A DNA stretch of 64,000 nucleotides from Phoronis australis. Lineage: Eukaryota > Animalia > Phoronida. Position 1 is the stretch's first letter, and the number at the start of each line of letters is the position of its first letter. The stretch is taken from positions 623,255 through 687,254 of the forward strand of contig NMRA01000184.1 of NCBI GenBank assembly GCA_002633005.1. The letters are read 5' to 3'. The notes under the pieces are model-generated. The model made no database searches, had not been told where the DNA came from, and worked only from the letters and a program-made list of their open reading frames with translations. The position numbers and the translations under genes are program-made. Below are positions 13,524 through 26,947 of this stretch, piece by piece.

Positions 13524-14932
13524 ACTGGGATTGGCAGTTTTATGGAAGTTATTTTGTGATGTAGCCCTCTTGTTGTGATATGGACACGTCCTCGGCGTAC
13601 GTAGATGCATTTTAGACGGGACAGGAAAACTGTGGATGTGGGGTTTTATCGATTGTGCAAACAGGAATTGCTGGTGGGAATAGGGAGTATAGTCAGCGGC
13701 AAAACCAAGTGTTGGAAAACGGGAAATGGTGCGGAAAGGAAACGTTGAAGCCTAGGAAGACTGTGTTAACTAATCGTTGGTAATCGTAAGTCACTGTTCA
13801 TCAAAGGTGTTGTGTGACGCTGGGATGAAATTAAAGCGAATTATGGTCGTTTTTGAAGGACTGAAAAGGTGCTGTGGTGTAGTTGCCCTTCTGTTCAAGG
13901 CAACCGTGGCATATCCATTTGAGGTAGCAGATAACAGCTTTTTCTCGTAGTTTCGTTGTTTATGAAGCTTAGCTTCTGGATGAACTTTATTTTAGTTGCA
14001 ACCATGCCGTAGCCAGTTTTGTTGTTTGGTTATAGTGTTGGGTAGTTCAGCTGCTGTCAGATGTCATCCAGTTGTCATTCGTTTACCTTGGTGATTACTC
14101 AATCTAGTCCAAAGGTCTTGTTCCAGACCTGGGTATGACCACTGGTAGAGTTTTATTATGGAAACTTGTTGGTACAGGGTCTTATGATGTACACAAGTTA
14201 TGCTCTTGGCTTGTGACGTGGAAAAAGTCAGCGAGCAAATCTTGGAAATGTGAATGTTACGGATGTGAAAATGATGTTTATTGACTTTGGTTTGAATTTT
14301 ATGAGTTAGAGCTGTTCATAGTCAGTCATTTTCGGGATACTAGAAGTATAATTTTGTTCTTCATGAGATTCCAGATATGTAATAACTATTGGTATCATGG
14401 ACACACAGTTATTGGTGCCACCTATTGTGTGAAATTGGTACTGTTTTTTCATGCAAGAGTAACCTGAGAATGCAGTAGCACTTCGACGGGAAAAATACAG
14501 CGAAATGCTGCACTTTTGAACATTTTCCTCATTTTATTTTGCCATGGAATGTTCCATTTGATAAGAAGAAAATACTGTGCTTGCCAGCTTGGTAGTTGAT
14601 TGTGCTTATTACCTGTGTCTATTCACACTCAGATAAATTATAATTTGTCATGTAACAAAGGAACTAGTTTTCTTGGCAGCCTTCCAAATTATTGTGTCAT
14701 CCAATCAGACATATTGACATTTTCGACATTTAACATGCTCTCATTGGTTCTCCTTTGTTGTGACCTCTGAAAGGTTATCTTGAAATGAAGTGAGAGATAT
14801 AAGGTGTTTGCGACTTATTTATATATATGGCACACTCATAGTGTATGCCGTTTGTACCATATTTGTGTTAGAGGATATGTTATAAGTGATGTTAATCGTT
14901 ATTGTTCTGAACTGTTGGTGCTCAAATATGTA

Positions 14933-14938
14933 AATAAA
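14933..14938 (+). promoter_or_regulatory. Probable polyadenylation signal of the SH2 gene (about 1.4 kb 3' UTR)
   Basis: AATAAA followed within about 30 nt by T/GT-rich sequence (cttgtttgttt). Confidence 0.45.
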
Positions 14939-16653
14939 TATTAATGTAATTGGAACAAATCTTGTTTGTTTATGAAGTTAATTATATGTGGCCAGTGATG
15001 AGATTCAGCAAATAACTGTGCTGGCCTACAGATGGCATCCACATAGGGCCTATAGGTGAAAGTTTACTGGCCCTGCTGCAAATACACTGGCCACCACTAC
15101 GGGCCAGCATGTATTTCGAATGCTGTATGTGGCCCAACCCATGGTCAAGTGTCTTACATTGTATTTACACTGATTTAAGACTTTCTGCAATTGAGTGTTA
15201 TTGTGAGTTTAACACCATTTCAAAACTATTGTTACAAGAACTGTTGGGTTTTGTGGGATGGTGACCTCAGTATGAAGTTCCTGCTATTTCCCCTGTATTT
15301 AATGAAAAACATTTTATTCCTAGTTTTTTTCAGTTCCACAGGGGTAGTTTTTAATGATTCAATCACAATACGTGCTGAAGGCAAGGTCTTGTTGATAGCA
15401 AGTATTTTGAAACTGAGCTTTGAGCATCCTTTACTATGGGAAGTGCGACTGTATTTCCAAATTATTAGTGTGTCTTGATTGGCCTTATATTTAGAAATAA
15501 ACCTCATAGCATGAACTACGGGGGATACGTTTTATGCATAATCGGAAGCCTGGGATGTGTATTCCAGTAGGTTGGGGGTATGTTTGTGCGCCTCCAGTTA
15601 TCTCTAAAAATGTTTGGGAAAGTAAATATTTTATTGACAACATCTCCACGCTGAACAACAATTCTTGAAAACCATGATGCAACGAAGTGTATTTTTTTAA
15701 AGTCAGCAATCTAATAGGTGCGAAATATCTGCTTGTCTTTAAGACACTGTTTAGTAAAACTCCACGCATCTTTTTTTGCTGTCAAGACTACGACCTGCAG
15801 AAATCTCGAGTTGTTACGGTAAGTCCGCTCATTTATGCCTGGATCACAGTGAGTGGCGAAACACTGGTAATTTTTCCAATAATTGAAAATACCGAGAACG
15901 GACAAAAAGGCGCACAAATCGACCAGTTAAGACATACTTGTGCACTGTTTGTTTTCTCCTAATAATAACTTTCCACAGTCTTCATGAATCGCCATTTTAC
16001 AACTGGGCCCTGTTTTATTTGCTGTAATGCAATGGGGGTTATTAGATAACAAGGCGGAATTCTTTAACTTTTTCGTTGAACGCAAAAATAGACGTGCTAC
16101 CGAAAAGTACGAGAAGTATAGTGTGGCGCTCACTCTCACTTATGAGACCCATGCAATTTTATTTGCGCTTTAGTCGAGCCCATTACCATGAATCCACCCA
16201 TGTTAAAACGTATTTGAAATCTCACAGATCGAATCGGATTATCTCCACACGTAAACAAACTTTCACTAGACGAAATAAGTAAGACATTCTCTTGTAATAT
16301 CGGTCAACACAAGCAGTGCCAAGCAACCATTTATGCTTTAAGCAACTTCTTCTGCTTCATTTTCTCATATATCTCTTTGATAAACTATATTTGAAGGGAT
16401 TCAAAAACGTCCATTTCTACGACATGTTTTTGGGGGTTCTAATCGAGTCGACCGCTGATATCTTTTGACTCGACTCGTGAACGAGACGGTCTCGCCACCT
16501 GGTGACTTCCGTTGTTGAAAATCGCCTAGCAGGCCCGCTACCGCTGTGTTTGGTCTTTCGCATGCAAATGAGACCAAACACGCGTGACGTCCTGAACAGA
16601 AGGTAGTCGGCTGTCTCTCAGTGTGGCGAAAAAGAACAGTTCCATCGTACACC

Positions 16654-16657
16654 ATGG
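16654..16657 (+). CDS. SLC18-family transporter, coding exon 1 (ATG G only)
   Basis: accATGG|gtgagt: good Kozak context plus consensus donor. Phase 1 joins exon 2 to give MADDETASLV. The upstream region is CpG-richer with TGACGT and CACGCG motifs. Confidence 0.65.
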
Positions 16658-18008
16658 GTGAGTAAAATTGGCATCTTTTTCTAATCTTGATATTGATCGG
16701 ATACAAGATTGTAAACTATGTACGCATTTATTTATAGGTAATTTAGTCACGTGGTCAACCAACACTGCAGCAAGTCGACACAGTCTCATGTATGTTTTCG
16801 AATTTTTTCACAACGTACCTGTTGAGGGTGGGTTCTCTGACTGAAATATACCAGCATAGTCCCTCAGACCTGACTTTCTCGATTTCTCACTGAAACGTAT
16901 ATATAAAACTTCAGTCACTCATATACTAAAATACTGATTTGCAATGGTCCCAGGCTTAGACAAATAATTTTAGAAGATATTCGTATACCCTTAAACAAAG
17001 ATTAGAGATTTTGGAAGGTCTTTGAAATTTTATTACATCATTTTAGCCCTGTCAACGTGGACACCGCAAAAATGAGTACACTAAATACATTTTGGATCGT
17101 TCTGGGTAGTAAGCGAATGAAATAAAAACTGAGAGCCTTCACATCACCAGAAATTAATCTCTCGGTGCTTGAATGCTGCCGTTACTGATTCACAGACAGA
17201 GAAATTGTATATTTGAGACGTAGATGTCATAGCTCGTATGATTTGATCGAATATCAAGCTGCGTAACAATTAACGGGCTAAAGAGCCAGTTTAACAAATA
17301 GTTATTTTTATTAGGCCTGTTGTACTTATTTAGTATTATTTGGATGTTTTGACTTCGCAGAGTCTGATGCAAGAAAAAAACAGATGGAAAGCCCGGCGGT
17401 ACCAAGGGAATTGTTGATACCAATCACCATTTATCAAATCAGAGTCAGATATTATGTCTGAGATAATTTTCAATTAGAATCCGTAAAATGATTGTCGAAG
17501 GGATGCCAAGTACCGAGGAAGAGTATGATAAATCGTTTACAGTTGCATCGTACAAACAGTTTGATTTTCAGCGAAACCCGTACAACCTAATGGGTTGACG
17601 CGCGTGTCAACTCAAATGTGACGCCTAAAGGACTGACCCTGCAACGAGTGTCACGCAATCAACTCGTCACAATTTCAAATAATCGTCTTAGAATGAGAAA
17701 TACTATTTTTGAAGAGACAAAAATATCCATTTTGTCAGAATATGATGGAACTTATATTGTTATGACATCTATCCGTCCCTTTTTCCACAAATTATGCTCT
17801 GCTCTTTTGGGCAGACAAATTGCATAATTTTTACTCAGAGTGCAATTTCACTAATTCAAACTTTTGGCGCCAGACTCCATATACAAAAAGGCATACAATA
17901 ATCTATATCTAAGGTCCTTAATGGCTGTTCACAAAATTTGTCAAACTTATCGCAGAGACGTCAGAACCCGTTTTGCTTCAGTAGGACTTGCCGCGTCCCC
18001 TGGTGGCC

Positions 18009-18879
18009 TTTTTATACGCCCACATATTTATATGTGGACGCATTACGCCTTCATCTCCGTCCGTCCGTCAGTCCGCCCGCCCATCTGTCCGCCCGGCATC
18101 CGCTGCTCTATTTCAAAAACTCTTTGACGTACGTTCATGAAATTTTGCACTTGTTCCTTTCCGGATGGGACGGCATGAGCGAATTTTGGGACGGATCCGA
18201 CTACCGATGTGCCCCCTAGTAGCAATTTTAGTGTGTTACGCTTACCTCTGTATCTTCAAAGGTCCTCAACGTATTTTCATAAAATTTGGCATATAGATAT
18301 CTGTTAGTGAGATGACACTGTCCTCTCGTTTTCGGATGGATTCGATGTATTTTGCGCCACCTAGTGGCCATTTTTACTGTTTTCGAGTCCACCCTCTATC
18401 AACCAAGCCATTCTAAGGATGATTTTGAAAATTGGCGCATATGTTCTCAGTGTGAAGAGGACGGTTGACGATGATGACTTTGACTACTGTGGTGTCTCCT
18501 AGTGGCAGTTTTGGTTTGAGTCCATAGCTTATCTCATAAACCCATTGCAAGATCTTTATTAAATTTAGTAAGTATATATATATATATATGAAGCTAACAA
18601 CAGACGATGACGACCTTCAGGTGGATCCAACGAACGCTGTGCCCCCTAGTGGCAATTTCATTTTTCGTTTTCTTTTGTTTCTCAGAAGTCCCTTGACAGA
18701 TTTTTATGGAATTTGTTAAATAGCTTTCCATTAAAGAAAGGATGACATGTTCCCGTTTTCGGGTGGATTGGGCGTTTTTGCGCCATGTAGTGTCCCTTTC
18801 TATGTAATAAATAACTCTAGAAGCACCCTGTTTGCGGTGCATCCGTGGGCGTATTTTAACGCTCCGCGTTGCTCTTGTT
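18009..18879 (+). mobile_element. HINE/DINE-1-like (Helentron-associated) element, complete
   Basis: T-run insertion site; 5' subTIR/hairpin atacgcccacatat..atgtggacg; (GTCC)n tract; about 143-bp internal subunits; 3' subTIR gtgggcgtat; stem-loop AACGC-tcc-GCGTT; end gctcttgtt. Confidence 0.8.
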
Positions 18880-19371
18880 ATTTTTGTGCTTGTCTCCCTA
18901 TAATACGTCAAGCAGCTTGAAGGAATACGAAATGAGAGGAGAGCGAAATCAGGCACACGGAAATCATAACTTCCGGTCGGGTCCTTACCGCGTTGTATTT
19001 AGTCAATGAAAGCAAATAAAATCGTTAATAGTAATAACAAGTTTTGTATTATGATGTTCTTTTATTAATTCAATGAAATTTTAACAAGTGGTTATTGTTT
19101 TAAAACAACGTCTTGTTCTGATCGCCTGCTCAACCTACTGCCGGTCCGGTAGTGCAAGTAGCAAAAGGCTACTGTTCTGTTAATTTGTTATTTCATGTTA
19201 AATTTGTTCCGTATGTTGATTAGTTAAAATTGCTGCTATTTTACATGGAATAAACAGAGATGATGATGTGAGATCTGAAGGAAAAATCCGGAAACTAAAG
19301 CTCATCGAGGTGAAAATTTGGTTATCGTAATCAGTACAACCAAAAATTTACTATGCTTCATCTCATTTCAG

Positions 19372-19512
19372 CTGACGACGAAACGGCCTCGTTGGTACCT
19401 TCTGTTAAACATTACAACGGTTGCTGTACCAGGCTGCGATCATCACGACACCTAGTTGTTACCATTGTGTTCCTCGCCGTCATGTTGGACGTCCTACTTA
19501 TGACCGTCGTTG
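19372..19512 (+). CDS. SLC18 (VMAT/VAChT-like) MFS transporter exon 2, TM1
   Basis: tttcAG|...|GTgagt; ...RSSRHLVVTIVFLAVMLDVLLMTVV resembles VMAT TM1 ([23 protein letters not shown]). Confidence 0.9.
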
Positions 19513-20921
19513 GTGAGTACGGATTCATACAGTTTCTGTGCCACTTGGTCAAACCCTCAGGATTGGGTTTTCAAATTAAAGTGTGCTGGACCATGTTAAC
19601 TACTCAAACTTGCATCATTGAACGTGTTTCTGCGAAATTAAATTCGATTCCAGTATACCGAGCTGCTATTTCTGTGACTTCTTCGTAAACATTGAGAGTC
19701 TCCATGCAGTTTATAGTGTTTTGCTTTTAGGTTTATCTTAAAAGACGACGTTTGTCTCAACATACGTTGGGCATTCTCCTTCTTTGGAAATGCAAATTTT
19801 GACCCCGGTTCTTGACCCCAAATAGCAACTGTTTAGGTTTTATTGTATAATGATTCGAGTACGTGCATATATTGTCTGTATGAGGGACCGGGAGGGAAGT
19901 TCGAAATTCGGAAGAAAAAGTTTTATTTCGTGCACATTTCAAAGCTGATAAACTTCTTTAGTTGGTGATTTTTTTCTGGAAATTCCCACACAGATCTAAG
20001 ATAATAACTCGTTAGATCACATGAAAAGCGGTTTCATTTTGAAGACGCAACTTTTTTCTGTGTATTTTCAAAGCTTTTCTTTCCACCCCTGCCGTTTTTC
20101 CACGTTTTTCCGCTACACACGACTACGCTAATACGACAGGGCGGTGNGGGGGGGGGCATGGTCCTCTTGGCCCGTGTTTAAATCCACTACTGCGCTTCAT
20201 GGGAATCGATACCATCCTTCGAATCTAGCGTAGAACCCCTGGACATTACAAGTATCCGCACCGATATGGGTCCACGCATAGCGTAACATCCTTATTCTGT
20301 GTACGCGTAAAATGAGCACATATTTAACGTCGATGAACACTCTTCGGACAACGATAGGAAGGATGGAAAGTGAGCGAAATTCTACGTTTTTATTTTCATT
20401 CACGTTAAAACTTAAAAGTAAGGTGAAGTTAGGTGTACTGCTAAATTACTGACTCTAGACTTAGTCAAATATCTATAAAACTGTAGATTTTTAACTCGGT
20501 AAAACCAGCCTTCAGGGTTCTATTTTTGACTTTTCACCTACCCGTCATTAATTGGGTCACGTGACCATGTCTTTTAATTAAAAATCATGAAGAAAGGAAG
20601 TTACATCGATAGCAAAACAACTGTGTCAATAATATGATCAAATCTCGGTGATATAAATGTTCAAGATCACGTCTCAAAAACTCCTTCTTTCATGACGTCA
20701 GCTTAAACTAGAGATTTTCTTGGCCCTACATGACCTCACTAAAAAGCACGATATCGTATCCCGGTTGCGGTTTTAAGATCACGGGTTAGATACATTCAGT
20801 TGGACAACTTTTGATTGATAAAATTGGGTTTTGGTAGTAGGGGAAGCTACGCCCTCACAAACCCAAAGTCATCACAGCTGATTAGTTTCAAACGTCTAGT
20901 TGAGCAACACCGAGTTGTCTC

Positions 20922-21987
20922 TTAAATTTCTTCAACAATGATTGTGGACCCGCCTGCCCATCCAGTTCGTGTATACGTGGGTTGGTGTCTTGTATCCGGA
21001 CCTTTAAGTTTTAGCTCAATTTTCAAAGTCCCAGATCGAACACCGATGCAAATGCCTCCAACCACACTCGGTACAATGATCTCTGTGTGCGCCGGCAAGC
21101 TATCCATATAGAACGATCCTTTGATACTTGATGGGTTAGCACACTCTTTACCATTCAGTGTTATCATCCATGTCATGTACGCCCTCTCGCCCGTGATTTT
21201 ATCGAGTCCAAGGTTCCCAAGGAACATAATTTTCAATGCACTGGTCGATCGCTTTTTAACGAAGGTCAATGATTGAATGACACCACTGTTCTTAGAATAT
21301 TCATTTTCCCACGTAACTTGATGGACGTTTGGTTTTATCTCGTCTGTCTGTTTCTCAAGTACTTTCATTTTGTTGTTTAATCCCAGCTGAATGCTGTCAA
21401 AGTTGGACTGCTTATTGCGCATGATTGCGATGTCTACTTTTAAAGCATCGACTGTTTGAATTACCTGAGAAACCGAGGTTTTTGAATAATCAAATTCCTG
21501 TCTTATTTGCATCTGAGCTTTCGTGAGATTTCCCATGTCAATTTTAGTGTTGGCCTTCAGCTGATTTAAAGCAACCCCACAGTCATTCTGCCATCTTGTC
21601 ATATTATTTCTAAAACGGTCCTCGACTTCATTTATTCTGGATTGCAGTGTGGCCTGGTTTTGCTTCAGTTCAGCGATAACTTTTACTTGGAGAGTTGCTC
21701 TGCTGCTCAGTTCATTGATAACTTTTTCTTGGAGAGCTACTCTATGCTCCAAGGTTAACACTCGTGTCGATTGCTTGACCAGGGCATCGAGAGCAACACC
21801 TATGTGCCTGATTTCGGAGTTGAATGCTGTCTGGGCATGTGCGAACTTTTGTCAAACGGCCAACCATTCCCCAGTTTGAAAGTTACGTGACTTATGTCGA
21901 ATGAACTTGGTCCCGCAAATGAAATACATGAGCGGCGCAGGACTAGGATGCGCGCCTCCCCAGCCCATGCCCATGGGCGGCGCAGCA
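20922..21987 (-). CDS. Coiled-coil protein with CTHRC1-type C-terminal domain, nested antisense in SLC18 intron 2; in-frame TGA at 21852-21854 (possible pseudogene allele)
   Basis: The C-terminus (LTFVKKRSTSALKIMFLGNL...WMITLNGKECANP...GGICIGVRSG...TGWAGGSTIIVEEI) parallels CTHRC1 ([20 protein letters not shown]...WYFTFNGAECSGP...EGLCEGIGAG...TGWNSVSRIIIEEL). The N-terminal part is heptad-rich. The frame is open from 20922 to 21851, and beyond the TGA up to a ttatttcAG acceptor at 21988. Confidence 0.8.
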
Positions 21988-22955
21988 CTGAAATAAGTAG
22001 GGACTATAGCCTCCTATGGTGCGTCTCCCATGAAATACACCGTTTTTTTTCGTGATACATTGTTATAAGTGACTTTAGTTACGCGTTAGCGTAAATGTGC
22101 TCGCTAAATGAAAATTCGAATTGAATGTCTTAGTCAGACTTCCAATTGGCGAGTGAAATTCAGATTTTAGGTCCTTCGTCTGAAGGTCTTTTGTCCCTAA
22201 CCGTTATTTCACCCGAAGTTGCTACTCTACGCAGTGCGTGGATTTCATCCAGAAGACCTCGGACTTGTAGGATTCTTAGTACAAAATGTTTTATTAGTAA
22301 TTAAAAACAAGAGAATATTCCTCTGGGCAGCTCCTTGTGGTACAGACGAAGATTGTTTATATTTGGGAAATTGCTTTCTCGGAAAACGTGGCAATGACTA
22401 TCGGGACTATAGCAACGAATCTCAGTAATCGCCACCTGCCTTGTCTTCATAGTTAGGCATATACTTGGAATATTTTTAAATCTTTGAAAGTTTGGACTAC
22501 TTACTAACGCCGAGTTGTGGCTAAACCCTTGATCACATTGATTTCCGTTAGTACAAAAATCTCATTTGTTACATACAATCTTTGGCATAAATATAAACTC
22601 TAGCATAATTTAGCTCATATAACGAGATTTATTTCACGTCAGTCGCAAAAGGATTACTGGCTTGACAGGTAACAAGCATGCAGTAGGCCTAGACACTCCC
22701 AAAGTCAATCACTAAATGATCTTAGTCCAAACAACAACAGCTTGCATTCTTGTTCTCGTGTGGCTCTTCTATACTGTAGAATAAAGTATTGAAAATATCC
22801 CCGAAATAATTATTTTGAATTTAATTCTCTCGTTGCTTTTCTGACAACACGTCTTTCCATGCATAAGCTATATTGTTGTAACGTTGATTGGCATTAGTAA
22901 AGTATCATTTAGGTAAGTTTTGATGATTGCATTATATTCATTTTACATCATCTAG

Positions 22956-23157
22956 ATCCTATTCTACCGGACATGATGAACAGCTTGGACAACAGTCATA
23001 CACTGTGGAACGCGTCACGTGAAAACAAAACGAGGGCTAATCAAACCCAAACCGAAGACACACGAACGAGAAGGGCAACGGAAATTGGTGTAATCGTGGC
23101 TGCAAAGCCATTCTTTGAAATGCTGACCAATGTATTTGTGGGATATCTGGTGGACAG
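22956..23157 (+). CDS. SLC18-like transporter exon 3, luminal loop + TM2
   Basis: tctAG|...|GTaatg; DPILPD..., loop with N-x-S/T sequons (NAS, NKT, NQT), then EIGVIVAAKPFFEMLTNVFVGYLVDR (VMAT: [25 protein letters not shown]). Confidence 0.9.
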
Positions 23158-25955
23158 GTAATGTTTGGACGGTCTCTCTTTTAAGGTTATGTAGGACCTT
23201 GTTCACAGGTCTGTGTACTTAGACAAATATCTACAAAACTATACATTTCAACTCATTAAAAGTATATGTACACGTACAATTTTATTTTTGACTTTTTACC
23301 AATCTTTCTAGTAAACTTCAGCAAACAGGAAGGTACATTGGTAGCAAACAATAGTGTAAATAACATGATAAAATTTTATTTGAAAAAAATGTTCAAAATC
23401 AGACATTAAAAAGGCGTGGAACGCGAAAGCTCTTCAAAAATACATTTCAAACGATTCCTAACGTAAATACGAGCTTGCAACGTCTACTTCAAGTTCCCCT
23501 GTGAGGTAATTTCCAGAAAAAAACACGAAATTAACGATTTCTGAAATACACGTGAAGGAAAAACTGTAGTCACCACAGAGTTTCTAATCTCCATCCCACT
23601 TATGATAAATGTGCGCATGCGCTCACAATCATTCGACAAACAGCTGACTTACTAGAAGGATAGTAACGACAGCTTATCATGTGTGCTCGCGCTTCGAATA
23701 AAACAGTGTTCGAACACAACATGGTTTGAAGATTGGAAAAGACACTAACTTTAATTGCACAAAGATGTTATCGTTGATACATTTAGTTCATTGAGCACTA
23801 CATCGTCGGGGCAAACATTAAAGTCCTTCTCTCACGCGTTGTTAACCCTTATTACATGGTTAGAGGATGTTATAAGGATCCAAGAAGTACCTACCTCATA
23901 AGTAATACACGATCCGTACTCGAAAAAAGTTTAGATGAACGCGCCACTCACGATTCGCACACGAAGAACCACCGCCATTTTGAACTTGCCGCGAACCCGG
24001 AAGTACAATTCATTCAGGAACCCAGGCTAAGAAAACGCCGTCAGTGCGAGTGCCTGTGACCAGCCTGCAAACGGGGATAAAATAATCGACAGCGCGCCTT
24101 AATTTTAATAAAATCAAAATACGGACAATTTTATTGAATTTGCTCAAGAAATGTGGCAAATAAATTTTGACAGAAATTATTTTGCCAGACTCGGGACCGC
24201 AGCCTATCGGACCCGGTGCCGATGGAGACCAGACACTGTCGAACGGTAAACGCATGTGGTTGCAAGCTGTTTTGTCGAAGTAAAATGGTCAAATCATAAG
24301 TGCTGCATATATTCAAGGGTAGTTTCAGACATTTGCATGAAATTATGGGCTGGTTAGTCCTGTGTCACACTGCCGCGGCAGACCTTAGTTAGCCTCAGTG
24401 CCAGCTGCCTGTGAAGACTATCGTCAAAATACTGCTTGTTAGTAGGCCTATACAGCTTTGCGCCAAGGCTACCCTTAGACCTAACTGGTCGCTGGCCGCA
24501 GCGCGCTCGCTCAAACGAGGTTTATTTAGAACTTGGCTTCTGGCGAACTGTGCAAAGTTGTTGGCTTTCAATAGAGATTTTCCCAGGCTTTATATGAGCG
24601 CACCAAGCCTAAAAAAATGGGGGTGGGGGCTGGAATTTTTGGGAATATCTACCTTTTACTATAAGATTCACTGGGTACATTCAGAGCTATGAATTGCAGA
24701 CGCTAAATTTTGGTACTTCTTGTCTTCTAGTGGACTTTTGTCTCGTTTTCTACTTTTTTCTGAGTTCGTGCTTCTCTGACTGAGGCAAACCTTTTTCCAT
24801 TTCTCCAAATAGGGGGCTCTTTCGAGCACATAAGTATGACAAGTCTAATACAAAATGTTATCATTTTTTATTCATTAAGCCAAAATCATTCAACCTTTTA
24901 CGATAAGTAACTTAAAATGCACAATACTTTACAACATGTATGCATCCAACAGCACAAGTTTCCATGATATGAAAGTGGACATACATCTAACTGTTACCAT
25001 GGAGACCGAATAGCGTTTCCTTACACCAGAATTTGGCAACCAGGATTTAAAAAATATGAAGTTGCAAGGAACAAGAATTGGAGGCTTGAAGCTTCACAAA
25101 CCAACATAGCTTATTTCTCTAGTTTAGGTTTTTCATATTGTTGACTATAACCTGAATTGAGAAAGCAATAAGTTACAAAACATGACTTGAAAGCAATTGA
25201 GACTTAAAATTTAGAAAAATATGAATCATTTTGTGACACCGAATCAAGCCTTGAACAGCAGTTGACAGTCAAACAAAAAACCACTTCAAAATTATTTCAA
25301 CTATTTTTTTAGCTTAGAGTAAGATCACCTGAATGGGAAATTCACAGTAAAATAATTTCAATATATCTCATATTTTTTACAGAAATACGAAAAAATGAAC
25401 AAAGTTCCTTTTTTGTAGCAGCTTTGCCAAAATGTATCAACGTTAAATCTTCACAAATTACAAAGTAGCTGGTTGAAAATGTCTTTCAGTTCAGCAAAAG
25501 TCGCCATTTTGTCAGTGTCGCCAGAAATGAATTGTGAGCACATTTATCACTAATGGTAAATAACAACTGTGAGGCTGAAATTTGGTGAAAACTGTTGAAT
25601 CATGCAGAATAGTAAGAAAGTATATGTGTCACTAAATTTGACCANAGGAACTAAACACCAAATAATGCTATTTTAACATACTAAGTACGCGTAACATTCC
25701 AAAAAAATCAACGACAACTAACTACGTCAAAGTCAAAGTAAGATAAAATAAGAATGAAGCTGTTCATTAAGCCAAAAATCATACCTGTGAGCAACATTCG
25801 ACGACAGAATAACCATAAAAAAAAATGAAAAAAAAACATGAACTTGCCTTATTTCAGGACTCTGTTATTTGAGAGAATTGCACAGTTTTCAAAATCAAAA
25901 CGCTTTCTGGAATACTAGCGACATTTGAGCGTCTTACAGGCTATTCTTTTCGTAG

Positions 25956-26014
25956 GGTTGGACATCGGGGCCCAATGCTGCTAGGATTTGGATTCAATTT
26001 TGCTGCAACAGTGG
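25956..26014 (+). CDS. SLC18-like transporter exon 4, TM3
   Basis: cgtAG|...|GTaagt; (R)VGHRGPMLLGFGFNFAATV completes MFS motif A (GxLxDRxG). Confidence 0.88.
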
Positions 26015-26448
26015 GTAAGTGAATGGAAACACGGATTAACCGTTTGGAAATATTAATATTATTCCTCGACAGTATATAAGTGTTGTGCTTTATTGTCATC
26101 GGAACTTTTGAAAACTGAGATAAGTACTGCAATAGTGAATGTAAAGCTCACGAGAACATGCATATGCGGATCCAGCCGAGAGGTTCTGGCGGTCCGCCGG
26201 TCCCCACTTTTCGGGAAAAAGACAATTTATATTTTTCCATTTCTCTAGGCCGTGGGGCGCAGAGATCACGACACTTTATTTCATTACCGGTCTTCTACTC
26301 ATTGTTTGTGACAGTTTTACCTGAACCTCCCCTTTCGTAAAAATCTAGATCCGCCTTTGATAAGCAAAACTGAAGAAGAAAAACCAACTGACCTGTGTTA
26401 CAGGCATACTGTTTCTCTCTGTTTAATAATACTAATCTATTTCTTCAG

Positions 26449-26532
26449 GTTTTGCATATGCCCCCAATTTCACGTTGCTGTTGACGACTCGTCTCTTGCA
26501 AGCCGTGGGTTCTAGTTTGTCTGTAGTGGCAG
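26449..26532 (+). CDS. SLC18-like transporter exon 5, TM4
   Basis: cttcAG|...|GTattt; GFAYAPNFTLLLTTRLLQAVGSSLSVVA (VMAT: ARSLQGIGSSCSSVAG). Confidence 0.9.
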
Positions 26533-26854
26533 GTATTTATACTCGGCGTTTGGAACTGGTATGAGAATGTCTGTACTTGATTGGTGGTTTCGTTGGGTCA
26601 AACGGCTAGGACATTCATCGGCTCTCGATGACGACTTCCAGCTTACAAACCAATCAGATGTCTTAGCCGTTTGCCGGACCCTGCGGAAGCGGCAAAGTCA
26701 ATCAAAAGCAGCCAAAGACAGCTTTTATCGCATTTAGACCTTCAACAAGCTTACTATTCGAAATTATGAATAAAACATTAATTAAAAAACATTAAACTCA
26801 GAGTCGGAGTCATTTATTTTTACTGAGTTCATGACGTTTTAATTTCCTTCATAG

Positions 26855-26947
26855 GCTTGGCGTTTCTCGCCATTTCTTTTCCGGAAGACGAGGAGAGAGC
26901 AAAGGCAAACGGTCGTGCATTCACTGGCATATCTTTAGGCGTCATTC
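26855..26947 (+). CDS. SLC18-like transporter exon 6, TM5
   Basis: catAG|...|GTaagt; GLAFLAISFPEDEERAKANGRAFTGISLGVI (VMAT: [23 protein letters not shown]). Confidence 0.9.
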
